Source: Octopus sinensis
Taxonomy: Eukaryota
Reading direction: 5' to 3'
NCBI RefSeq assembly: GCF_006345805.1
Contig: NC_043004.1
Location: forward strand, 2,914,001-2,978,000
DNA length: 64,000 bases
Position 1 is the first letter of the stretch; each line of letters opens with the position of its first letter. The notes under the pieces were generated by a model. The model was not told where the DNA came from. It ran no database searches and saw only the letters and a program-made list of their open reading frames with translations. The translations under genes were made by a program, and so were the position numbers. Shown here one piece after another: positions 1 through 12,095 of this stretch.

Positions 1-830
1 CGATCGCGCGGTTAAACTATTGGGAGTGAAGGACTCCTAGCCTTTGTTAGGGCATCCTTCTAGGAGAAGGTAACTCAGGTAACTGGGATAACTCCGACAT
101 AAAACCTGCGGCTCAGTAGTTACCGATGATGTTGACTTGTTCTTCTTTTCGGATTATGGCTGCTGTTGCTTAGTGGGTGGGATTGACTCAGTGCACAGCC
201 TTTCCTCACTTTAAAAAAATTTTCTTGCACAGGTATTGCCCGATAACAACATTCTTCATGATTGTTGATGGTGCTGTGAGTCTCACTCAACTGAATGGTT
301 GGCTGTAGCCTTAAAAAACAAATAAAAGTCACATTCGATCACAGCACCAATAACTGTTAAGCTTCGTGCAATGGCCATACTCGATAACGATGGGGCAGCC
401 ATTATGTGTGTATGTATGCATGCAAGGAATGACTCTGAGCATTCTGGGGATCTTTTGCTCGCGCTTGTGATCATGACCTCTCCACATTCCTGAGCTTGCG
501 ACCCATATCCGCACTGGATATCATGTCCTGGATTATCTCTGTATGACGTTTGTCATTTGGATGAAAAGGGTCTGTGAAGTGGTGTACAAAGCATATTGGA
601 CCTAAAATTTACATTCTTCGGTGAGGCGGTTTTCCGATGCCTGGTGCTTAGGAGAGCGCCCCAGCAAGGATGGAAGCTGCGGGTGTGAAACTGGATGAAG
701 CCGACCGCGGATGTAATAACCTCATGCACGAGTATTGCTGGCATTTTGCATGGTCAATGGTTAGTGATGGTCTTCCACGGTCACTTGTGGACATCCATCA
801 TATATATATATTCACACGTTTCCCTTAGAT
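1..830 (+). mobile_element. Degenerate non-LTR retrotransposon fragment, possibly the RTE-clade 5' region/endonuclease
   Basis: GC-richer block. 'gttagggcatccttctaggagaaggtaactc' resembles RTE 5'UTR motifs as I recall them. The stop-riddled + frame AVALKNK*..PITVKLRAMAILD..AAIMCVC is weakly APE-like. Confidence 0.3.
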
Positions 831-983
831 ATCATCAGTGGTGTGGAGAGGGGAGGCTATTATTCATGGCCTTCCACAAACAACCTTGCTCGGATTTGTG
901 CCACGGAGGGTAACTTTCTAAGTCATTCATGACCGAATTGGGTCTCCTCCTCTCTCCCCCTCTCCCTCTCTCCCTCCCTCTGC

Positions 984-1047
<64 letters not shown>

Positions 1048-1488
1048 GTATGTATGTATATTTATATATGTATGTACTTAGCTTTGCACTGTTTCCCTCT
1101 GCAAAATTCTACTCGTAAATATCGATAGTCTATCAGCGTCTGCAGTAGAACACGCTTTTCGAAATTGATAGGCAGTAGGACGGAACGTTCATCTTAGAGA
1201 TTGAATAAGGAACGTCTTAGCTATGCAGCTATCAGTGAATCCCGCGTAGTAGCAGAATATCGAATAAGATAAACCGAGGAGTTGGCATCTTCTTCAGACA
1301 TGCATTCGAACCCAAAGAACCCCGGCTTGATTCAGCTGTATGAACTTCACTTCACTTAGCTCTACAATGTAGGCTCCAGACACTTAAATAATATTTTCAT
1401 TTCACTTTATTCGTAACTGGAGAAGGAAACGGGAAACTTACTGAACTCTTCCGTAGAAAAATGTTTATCTACTCTATCGGATATCTAT

Positions 1489-1744
1489 GTGGAAGCGCGT
1501 GGCTTAGTGGTTAGGGTATCAGCATCATGATCGTAAGATTGTGGTTTCGATTCCTGGACCGGGCGACGCATTGTGTTCTTGAGCAAAACACTTCATTTCA
1601 CGTTGCTCGAGTCCACTCAGCTGGCAAAAATGAGTAACGCTGCGATGGACTGGCGTCCCGTCCAGCTGGGGAACACATACGCTAAAGAAACTGGGAAACA
1701 GGGCCCATGAGCCTGGTTAGGTTTTAAAAAGGGCTCAAAGGGAG
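1489..1744 (+). mobile_element. tRNA-derived SINE (family C', with V/CORE-like central domain), full length with TSD
   Basis: A box TGGCTTAGTGG and B box GTTTCGATTCC. Central 'tgtgttcttgagcaaaacactt...gcgatggactggcgtcccgtccag'. 13-bp TSD atcggatatctat at 1476-1488 and 1745-1757. Confidence 0.85.
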
Positions 1745-1986
1745 ATCGGATATCTATATACAGTGCTGTGTTAAATTAATACATTATCTAGTAAAAAATC
1801 TGGCATAGTAAGGTGAAATAATTTAATAACTCTCATGCGGTAACCTGCAAGTTACTAGGAAATCCCAAAGTGTAATTCTTTGGCAAATCCGTATTAATGC
1901 TTAAGCGTCTTAAAAAACATTATCTCTTTTGTGTTGTACTGGACTAAGTTGTAATACAATTGTATTTTATTATATTGCACTTTGTA

Positions 1987-2127
1987 TGAGTTCAAATCCC
2001 GCCGAGGTGGAATTTGCATTTCATCCTTTCGAGGTCGATAAATTAAGTACCAGTTGAGTGCTGTCGTCGATATGATCGACTGTCCCCTTCCCCAGAAAAT
2101 CCAGGCATTGTGCCTATAGTAGAAAGG
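1987..2127 (+). mobile_element. 5'-truncated SINE family A with 18-bp TSD
   Basis: Core gagttcaaatcccgccgaggtgga...catcctttcgaggtcgataaattaagtaccag plus tail. Perfect TSD attatattgcactttgta at 1969-1986 and 2128-2145. Confidence 0.9.
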
Positions 2128-2351
2128 ATTATATTGCACTTTGTAAGCGATTCGTTATCTCTCTGGTTATTTTTGATGTTCAGTTAGCTATAGAGTTTAA
2201 GGGGTTTCATGTAAACCCGCATTAAAACCACGAATGAAGCGGGTCAGAGTTTTGCAGTATCAGCCTAATTTGGGTATAGCAGTCATCTCTCCTCAAGTGC
2301 ATAAAATGATGTAATTTATCTTAAAGTATAAAATTATTAATTGCTTAGCAA

Positions 2352-2547
2352 ATTAGACATATTAGATGACACAGTTCTATATTTAAGCGATGAGGAATTG
2401 TGTACATTTTTACATTTGACGGATATTTGTCCTCATCTTGTTTGTTGTTAACAGATTTCGGCTGATATACCCTCCAGCCATCATCAGGTGTCTTGAGGAA
2501 ATTTCGAACCTGGGTTCTCATTCCTAAAGTATTTTGCGATGTTGTTG

Positions 2548-2581
<34 letters not shown>

Positions 2582-2665
2582 CATCATTATTATTATTCTG
2601 GTCACTGCCTGCAATCGAACTAAGAATCTTGGTGTTAATAGCTCGCGCTCTTAACCTCTACGCCA
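2352..2665 (-). mobile_element. SINE family D copy 1: tRNA-like head + (TAA)n + Penelope-like segment with hammerhead motif
   Basis: Minus strand: A box TGGCGTAGAGG (from 2665), B box AGTTCGATTGC (2621-2611), then gacac-CTGATGA-tggctgg..tcagcc-GAAA. Homologous to 41833-42074. Confidence 0.85.
2450..2492 (-). ncRNA. Minimal type I hammerhead ribozyme motif (stem III region degenerate)
   Basis: gacac CTGATGA t ggctgg agggtata tcagcc GAAA tc tgtt: both core boxes and a 6-bp stem II are present. Confidence 0.6.
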
Positions 2666-2832
2666 ATTCAAATATATTTTAAGCAACATTTCCGGAAGTA
2701 ACTTTCTAAATTGTTTAAATTATTTTTTCCCCAAAATTTGTTGAAAATGAAGTAAAAAAAAAAGATATTCTTTTAAATGGGGCAACCCTTTCAAGGAAAC
2801 AGTGAAAAGTGACTTAGAAACCTAAGGTTAAC

Positions 2833-3137
2833 ATTAGACATATTAGATGACACAGTTCTATATTTAAGCGATGAGGAATTGTGTACATTTTTACATTTGA
2901 CGGATATTTGTCCTCATCTTGTTTGTTGTTAACAGATTTCGGCTGATATACCCTCCAGCCATCATCAGGTGTCTTGAGGAAATTTCGAACCTGGGTTCTC
3001 ATTCCTAAAGTATTTTGCGATGTTGTTGTTGTTATTATTATTATTATTATTATCATCATTATTATTATTCTGGTCACTGCCTGCAATCGAACTAAGAATC
3101 TTGGTGTTAATAGCTCGCGCTCTTAACCTCTACGCCA
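2833..3137 (-). mobile_element. SINE family D copy 2 (inside the tandem duplicate)
   Basis: Same sequence as copy 1. Hammerhead motif at 2931-2973. Confidence 0.85.
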
Positions 3138-4179
3138 ATTCAAATATATTTTAAGCAACATTTCCGGAAGTAACTTTCTAAATTGTTTAAATTATTTTTT
3201 CCCCAAAATTTGTTGAAAATGAAGTAAAAAAAAAAGATATTCTTTTAAATGGGGCAACCCTTTCAAGGAAACAGTGAAAAGTGACTTAGAAACCTAAGGT
3301 TAACATTTCTTGGGGGTGAATCCCATGAATAGGGCGATGCTGGAAACTGAAATAACATCATCTGTTCCTTGTATTTTGAAGAAATTGCTTACATACACGT
3401 AAAATTTGGAAATACTGACACAGAATTTTAGTCAGTGAAGTAACGTGTGTGCATGTGTGGGGGGCGGGATGTATGTGGATGTTTTTTTTGTGGGGGAGGG
3501 ATATTTACTGTGTGTGTCACCAGATTATCGAGTTTTATCGCTAGTAAACGCGTTTAAATAACACTTTTAACAACATATTATTATTAAACACTTTATCCAT
3601 TTTATTGGAGTCTAATAATTTTCCAATCCGTTCTCTCCGCCGCAGAAATGTGTGTGCGTGTATGTCTATGTGTGTGTGTGTACATCCGCGTGTGTTTGTG
3701 TGTGAACGCGTGTATTTATGTACGTATGCATACGTGTATGTATATATATATATATATATATAATGTTTTAAATCTACTGCTTTTAAAGTCTCCATTGTTT
3801 TTTCTCGTCTTCGTTTTTTCATTTTACCCTTACATTTCACTCGTAGCTATCAATTTTCTGTCTAAAATCTATTAGAACTGTTTATCTCGGGAAATTTTCC
3901 AGGAACTAAAAAAAAAAAGAAGAAAAGAAAACTATCAGGTTGTCAAGTTCCTTTCCATTTTGTAAGTTCTTGTTTTTTTTTTTTTTTTTTTTTTTTTTGA
4001 AATATTCGTTATAGGAAGGCAGTAGTTCAATCGATTCTCCAAAAGAATAAGAAGTGTTGCCAGAAGAGATGCCGAAATTTCAGACAAAAAAACAGTCGAG
4101 CATCCCACGAGGAAATGTTGCATTGTTGACTCATGTCACGCGGACAGTTTTCCTTTCTCATTTATGTTCTTTTTCATTT

Positions 4180-4264
4180 TTTACTCACACACACACACAC
4201 ACACACACACACCACGCACACACACGTGCTCAGATATACACATACGTGTATTGTTGTTACTGTC

Positions 4265-4341
<77 letters not shown>

Positions 4342-4660
4342 CATTATTATTGTTGTTGTTCTGCCGTTTAAACTCCCGACCACTACTACTCTGTGTCACT
4401 GCATCTATCCTCTTTCGAAAAATGTCGAGAGAGAAAGAAAAAAAATCAGATGAACCGAAAACCTCTAGGCAAAGCTGCCATCTTCATCTTCTTCTGGTTC
4501 TCATGCTTCTCTCCACCACATTTGCACATGTTTATATATATATATATATACATATATATATACATATATATATACATATATATATACATATATATATATA
4601 TACATATATATATACATTATATATATATATATATATACACATATCTATATATATATATAA

Positions 4661-4708
<48 letters not shown>

Positions 4709-4722
4709 CATGTATCTATGTA

Positions 4723-4756
<34 letters not shown>

Positions 4757-5024
4757 ACATATCTGTATATACATACATTTGTATATATATATATTATATA
4801 TATATATATATATATTTATATGCGTCAAGTCACTTAGACATATTTCTATTATATTTTGTATTTCCCGTTCTCTTTCTCTTCTCTTCCTTCTCTCCCTATT
4901 TCTCTCTCGCTCTACTCTCATATATGCATTCACACATACATACATACACACATGCATATACACATACAAACATATATATATATATATTTGTATGTGTATG
5001 TATACCTACAGAATAAACACAAAT

Positions 5025-5095
<71 letters not shown>

Positions 5096-5130
5096 ATATG
5101 TATATATATACATATATATATATATAGCCA
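4180..5130. repeat. Compound microsatellite block (CA)n/(TTA)n/(TA)n/(TACA)n
   Basis: Directly visible. It explains the poly-H/T/I/Y/L ORFs. Confidence 0.95.
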
Positions 5131-6260
5131 TATTAGTGCGCTAAATCGTATTAGAATGCGTAATCATATATGTATGTTCTTCAATATGTGAGTCTATTTT
5201 GCCACTGCACGTGTGCTCCGAGCTATAGTAGAATTCAATATACTTTTCTTTCTTCGCTTCTTATTAGATGATTTTCCATATAAGCATCCGCCCATGTTTC
5301 TAGGTATCTGTCTCCATTTCTCTCTTTCTCTCTCTGTCTCTATCTATCTGTATCTCTATCTAACTATCTATTTCTATCTCTGTATGTGTCTCTATCCACT
5401 TATGATAATTCTTCAACTGGATGGATGAGCGTGTATCTAACTGCCAATTCAGCCACGCATCCACTACTTGAGTTTGTGCGACCAAAATGATTATTTATTG
5501 TGTAAGAAAAATTGATGATAATACTAGTAAACAGGTGTGTTAAGTTAAAATATATTTCAGTATTGCGTAATACGGAAAAATCATATCTAATATGTTCCAA
5601 TCCTGTCCCGTTCTAATTTATATTTTAATCCCGCTCACATTGATAATACAACTCATGATTAAGAGATTTCCACGGCTTATACATAATCCCATCACACTGT
5701 TGCCTCTTGTTCTTACTGTCACTGTTTTTTACTCTCAAGTCACCTCTGATCGAGGAAATTTCTGACCAAAAGAGTTCCATCGATGACCACCCCCATCTTC
5801 TGTTTAGTCATAAGGCCTCGAGATCCACCACAATCATTTGTGTCACTTTTCCCTTAGCTGGTGGAATGTGATTTCAGGTTCTACTTTAGACAGGTGAATG
5901 AACAATATAACAATTTTTTATTGGCTAATTTTGATGGTTGCCTACGTAGAAACAATATTATGCTGGAGAGCCAAGGAATAATTGAAAATATTGTGTAACA
6001 AAAGAGAGTAGCGTCCATTTATGTCCTGAGTTCGAATCCCGCTGAATTTGGCATCGTCATCAATACAGACAGCACAAAACGTCCCTGCTAAATATTAGTA
6101 TCAATAAAATCAAACACTGGGTCTTTAACTGTTGCTATGCTGCCGGTAGAAGTATCTGTTAATCATGCATGTGCCTTCCTTTAATAGTAGACTGCTATAT
6201 AGTGAAAAGCTCGTTATTTACTATCGCTACCTATCTTGCACACACACACAAGTACACTTG

Positions 6261-6296
<36 letters not shown>

Positions 6297-7397
6297 TACT
6301 CTCTCTTTTTTCTGTATCAACAACAAGATCAACAACCTGTTTTTTCTTAAAACAAATTTTAATTCTATCGTTCACACGCACACACACACACACACATACA
6401 CACTTTCAATGAATTTCTCTCTCAACAACAACAACCTGTCATTATATCAAAAGGCCTTTCTTAAAGTCTGTGTTGCGCTGTCTCTATGTTGAGAGACATA
6501 CAGAAACACACACACAAACAAACAAACAAACCAAAATAACTATCTGCAATGTTATATAGTGAAAGTCATTTTATTTTCGAATCAGTGTTGCGCTGTGTTG
6601 ACAGACTTGCACTTAAACTTTCCGCATTTTTAATCAAAACTTGTTAGTTGCTTTGGTAACAACATTTCTTATCTGTCTTTCAGACACTCACATACGCACA
6701 CACACTTTCTATCTCATTGCTTTTCACTCTCAACAACTTTTTCTCCTCCCATTCTAAATATATGTTGTGACAGTCTATTTCCCCTGTTGATTCCTCCTTT
6801 ACTTCCTCTCATTCACATATCTTGTGACGGAGACAGTCAAAGATCAGCTTCTGTTTTACAATATAAGATTAAGAAGCAGGCAGAATCATTGCCGCAGCGG
6901 AAACATATGCTTAGCACCATTAATCCCTACTTTATGTTCTAACTTCAAACTCCGCAAGTGATAAACAAATCTGTGGTATTAAGCAAAATATTTGTCATAA
7001 CGATATTTCTGCTTCAGCAACTCAGCGTTGAATGAGGCTGAAATGTAATGGAAATTAGGTCAGTTTCAAAATATTTATGTCCAGCTCACAAAAGCAAAGT
7101 TTCAAGGGAATAGTAGTCATTTCCTTTGATTTCTAGATAGAAGAGAATAATAAATAAAACTTACTGAACAAAAACAATAACAAAAAGGCTTTAAATTGTT
7201 GCACATTGTAATCAAATGCATACGCAAATCTATAACGGGTTCGATTTCTGCGGAAGTAACCAAAGAAGCATAACATTACAAATGAATACCTAGAAAAATT
7301 TGACATTGACAATAACATCAGCATGACTTACACACACAAACACACGCACACAAACATATATATAGATAGATATGTCTATGCATAAGTACATACATAT

Positions 7398-7474
<77 letters not shown>

Positions 7475-7590
7475 TTTTATCAGTGGCCAGCATATTAAAA
7501 AATAACTTTTAAGGTGAAAATTATAAAAACTTATAAATAAGTCTATTCTCGGCATCTTTGGCAAAAAATTTTTTTACTTTTGCCCTTATT

Positions 7591-7641
<51 letters not shown>

Positions 7642-8549
7642 TTATGTATATGTATATGTATATACTAGTCTATATAGTATATTGATATGCATGTGTACGT
7701 ATACATTTTCGCGTGTATGTACAAGTATATGTGATTGTTATGTGTGTGTGTTTTTTTATGTATTTCAACGGAAATAAAATTTCCAAGATCAAATTTTTCA
7801 CTCTCAGTGGCGACTTTGACTCAGTGAGTGAATGTGTTGAGTCGTGAGTGACTCGATCTACATTCCCTTCAGACACAATACTGTAAAGCTCACTTGTCAG
7901 GTCAGACAAGTTAAACTCCAAGGTGTTGAGAGATTGGAATAGCCTATATACAACATGACAGAAATGTGTTAAGTAGTTAACCAAGTTAAATATATCGGAA
8001 CGTAAATAGAAAATTGAGTTCACCGTGGACTGTTTGATGGATAAGAAATGACAAATTGCATACGTGTGATGAAATGACATAGTGTTGAAGAAAACTAGGA
8101 TAACCAGTCTCTCGTTTGCTTGAGATATATCTTTTTTCTTTCTCTCTTCTGATCTATCCTGAGCAAAACAAAATCTATACCCACAGGCTGCTGTCTCCCT
8201 CCAACTCATCCGATGATACATATTTCATTTAGAAGGGATGTCAGCCCAGCCAGTGTTGTAAGTAACATATCAATCAATTAAGCTGTGAAATTGCCTTCAA
8301 ATTCACGTTATTATTTTCAGATGAAGACAGTCAGCGTTATTTCTCTAGCAACTATTTTGTTCAGCCAAGATGTTGGAAAATTGGTTTTCTTTTTGATACA
8401 CACGCATTCATATACACCCACATATACATATGAACACTCACTCACACATACACAAACACACAGAGAGTCATATACAAACATGTACACACAATAACGTGCG
8501 CACACATATATGTGTATGCAATAACTTTGCACTTGTATTGAGTTCGTTT

Positions 8550-8557
8550 TTAATTCG

Positions 8558-8611
<54 letters not shown>

Positions 8612-8762
8612 CATATGTATACATATATATACATATATATATATTTACATATATATATACACATATACATACATATATATATATGTACATATATATATAT
8701 ATATATTATATACACATATACATATGTATACATAATATACATATATATATATTTACATATAT

Positions 8763-8846
<84 letters not shown>

Positions 8847-8850
8847 CACT
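8550..8850. repeat. (TA)n/(TACA)n microsatellite
   Basis: Directly visible. Confidence 0.95.
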
Positions 8851-9324
8851 GCATTGAAAAGTGGAAGTACCAGAATTTGATACGAATCTTTAATATTAAA
8901 CTTCGGTCGATAGTAAAGAATGGAATATGAGATACACGTTTTAACTGCATGCAATAGAAATAATCCAACGCCTACAAAGGTTTCCAGTAGAAAATATTAT
9001 TGAAGCAAAAAGGATTATACTAGTTGGCGTACCATCTTTGTAGATGAATTATAATCAAAATTTAGAAAAAGAATGGAATGGAGAAAAGATGTGATTTCTC
9101 TGTTAGAAAGAAAAATAAAAGAGAAGATGACAACGAAAAGAATATAGAAAGAGCATTCGGTGGCAACATATTATGCAACTTGAATACAAACCTGTGTTAA
9201 AAGGAAAAAGCGTGAATGAAAGACAGTGTTTCAATAAACGACGCGATTAGGAAGTGCTTAAATAAACGAATGCAATTAGGAAGTGCTTTAAACACGAGAA
9301 AAAGAAGGGCAAAAAGTAATTAGA

Positions 9325-10012
9325 CTCAGCTACTGGGAAAGGTTGAAACAGTTAAGACTCTACTCCCTGAAGAGAAGACAGGAGCCGTATGCAGTAATAA
9401 TACAAAGGCGGCGAGCTGGCAGAAAAGTTAGCACGCCGGGCGAAATACTTAGCGGTATTTCGTCTGCGTTACGTTGTGAGTTCAAATTCCGCCGAGGTCG
9501 ACTTTGCCATTCATCCTTTCGGGGTCGATAAATTAAGTACCAGTTACGCACTGGGGTCGATGTAATCGACTTAATACCTATGTCTGTCCTTGCTTGTCCG
9601 CTCTGTGTTTAGACCCTTGTGGGTAATAAAGAAATAGGTATGCAGTAATATATATCTGGAAGATCCTGGTAGGAATTGTGCCAAATTTTGGCTTTGAAAG
9701 CTGCACCAATGCCAGAATGGGACGACACTGCAACAACCTGGGTTTCAAGGGCCTACAGCTTTTTAATATTCTCCCAATGAGTCTGAGGAACTTGCTCAAA
9801 GTAGATGTAGGGATTTTTAAATCAAAGCTGGACCTCTTCCTGTCGAGAATCCCAGATGAACCTACCTCACGGCAAGAGGTGCAGATGAGGGTAAGCTATA
9901 TCAGACGCCATGCTTCACCAAGTGCCACATATTAGAGGAGGCTCTCAGTAATAATAGGATAGCAAACGGTGGTGCATCAGCATGGCCACAGCGGTGGGCT
10001 GAAACTAGAGAA
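9325..10012 (+). mobile_element. 3' end of a CR1/L2-group LINE, interrupted by a family A SINE
   Basis: After removing the SINE the frame reads LSYWERLKQLRLYSLKRRQEPYAVIYIWKILVGIVPNFG...GFKGLQLFNILPMSLRNL..VDVGIFKSKLDLFLSRIPDEP, a typical post-RT C-terminus. The 3' tail is ggtggtgcatcagcatggccacag..ctgaaact. Confidence 0.8.
9405..9641 (+). mobile_element. SINE family A (head-core-linker form) nested in the LINE
   Basis: aaggcggcgagctggcagaa head, B box gagttcaaattcc, core and linker. Duplicated gtatgcagtaata at 9387-9399 and 9638-9650. Confidence 0.9.
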
Positions 10013-10018
10013 AAACTA

Positions 10019-10238
10019 TTAGGGGCGTGCTGAAACGTTTCGGGTTTTAGGTAAAAAAAAATAAATGGGGATCAGTTACTTATTATTTTATTCAACATAT
10101 TACACTCTCAGATTTGCAAACCTATTGCAGCAGTTCTTCAGTTTTTCTAAGCCTTGTAAAAGAACTCTTAAGGTTGGGCCTCCAAACAGGATTTTCACGA
10201 TTGCCTTAAAGCCTTAAAGAACTTTTTTTACTCTCGTA
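10019..10238 (+). mobile_element. Degenerate mariner-type MITE
   Basis: Ends ggggcgtgctgaaacgttt... and ...aagaactttttt.ctctcgta. Internal 'gatcagtt..ttttattcaacatatt..ctctcagatt' matches 40104-40219 on the opposite strand. Confidence 0.55.
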
Positions 10239-10784
10239 AGAACATATTAATGTGAATGCAAGAAAGGTTAAGAAGAAACAGCCTTCTTCATCCCCATTCA
10301 AACACGCTTTCTAATCGGTCGGAAACGTTTTTAGCTTAAACACTGAATACATTGAAAATTTGAACGACCAGCTCCATGGATGTAGGGCGGCGTATTATTA
10401 TTATTTCTCCATTTTATTATTAGAGCAAGCAGAATGATTATTTCGAAAATTTAAAGTTACGAATAAAGTTGTCAAGAATCACTTCTCTGAATTTCTGAAG
10501 TCGAGTATTTACAGGAAAAGTTTCGACTCTAGTCATTTTTAACTCTACTTTAGTGATATCAACCAGAGTTTTCGAAAGGAATCGCGGTTTCATAGAGACT
10601 AGTCTACAGCAATGAAAGGACAGGGAGAAAGGAGAATAGTTTTCTGTTTTGGGGTTTTTTCATCGAAACGATTAATTAAACAAGCAAAGGATTTTTATCA
10701 AGATTAGTTAACTTAATCTTTGCTTCTGCTAAAGATTATGTGATACCGAAGGCTTAAGGACAATATTTGTTCTTATAATAGGCA

Positions 10785-10985
10785 GCATCTGATAGAATCG
10801 CTAGCACGCTAGACAAAATGCTTAGCGGCATTTCGTCCATCTTTAAGTTCTAAGTTCAAATTCCGCCGAGCTGACTTTGCCTTTCATGTCAATAAAATGA
10901 GAACAAACTAAGCACTGGAGTGATTTCAGTCGTCTTACCCTCTACCCCTGAACTTGCTGGCTTTGTGCTAAAATGTGAAACTAAT
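10785..10985 (+). mobile_element. Old SINE family A copy
   Basis: aaatgcttagcggcatttcgtcc..aagttcaaattccgccgag..tttgcctttcat. Confidence 0.75.
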
Positions 10986-11579
10986 ATTTGTTCTTACATT
11001 TAAACTAAAATGATGAATAAATGAAGATCATATTTTTTGGCTCATTCATACATATTGAATGATTGGAATCAGAGTAATAATGATTTCTACTAAAGATTGT
11101 CTTTTTGCTAGAGGATAGTGAAGAGATACGTCTACTGATATTAGAAAATATATTTTGTACAATGATAGACGCTTGATTGGAATTCTTATTTATATAAAAT
11201 ATATTTCTGTTGAGTTATTCGGGAAGGACAGACTTATTTTGTGCCTAAGACAATAGTAAAACTAAAGTAATACAAAGATGGGTATCAAATATAATTCATA
11301 AATTTACATCACTAAATAATTTAAGGAAGATATTTTATTAGTGTATATAATTCATAGCTATTAGTATTGTGCGTGCCTAACAGCCCATCATCTCTATGGA
11401 GGCTACAATGGAGCATAAGGAAAAGATTCACAAATATAAATTCCGATCAATTTCCATAGTTGAGTTCCATCGTTTGCCTCAATGGAGACATCCAATAATT
11501 CTATGAAACATTCAAACATTTAAAAATATTGGAAGAACTTTAGCTAATCGCGACAAAAGCATCCTTCGTACAGAACATT

Positions 11580-12095
11580 ACGTTGCACATCCAACCTAAA
11601 TTGGATTGTTTCTTCAGAACGCCTGAAACTGAGGTGAACGTCTCGGAAAATCTTGAGTAGACGATAAATACTAAGAAAAGCCCAAATAGCTGGCTGATGA
11701 AATTTTCGTCAACACCGGCGGACGGAACTACTGTATCATGTGCTTTCACCGGACATTACAGATCATCAACAATAACTGTCAAAGCAACGAATGTCAGATC
11801 GAAAATCAACCAAACTGATATAGTATAAAACTGATCAGACAGACAGTGGTGTTGCGAAAAGCTCACGAGTTGTGAATAAATTAGCTATTTGTAATTTTAC
11901 TGCTGATGATCTGCAATTTACGATGAAATCAGCTGATACTGTAGAGCCAACTTCTGATGCAGAGGAAACGTTCGACACCCAATATGGTAGCCTCTGCTTT
12001 TTAGCATTGGTCATCTACACGAGATGATTTCTCGAGACGTTTACCGCAGTTACAGGCGTTCTAAATAACACATCCAATTTAGGATAGCTGCCCTG
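11580..12095. mobile_element. Diverged foldback/MITE-like element with ~190-bp inverted arms
   Basis: cctaaattgga (11595) pairs with tccaatttagg (12073-12083), agaacgcctg with caggcgttct, and cagatcatca (11759) with tgatgatctg (11904-11913). Common centre ~11837. Confidence 0.7.

Larger units (their letters stand above)
2352..3304. repeat. Direct tandem duplication, units 2352-2832 (481 bp) and 2833-3304 (472 bp)
   Basis: The units look identical except for three fewer TTA repeats in unit 2. 'att' microhomology at the junction. Confidence 0.95.

Noticed and set aside
7670-8221. 183-aa minus-strand ORF
   Set aside because: No recognisable homology, it runs into a microsatellite, and it overlaps stronger + strand splice signals.
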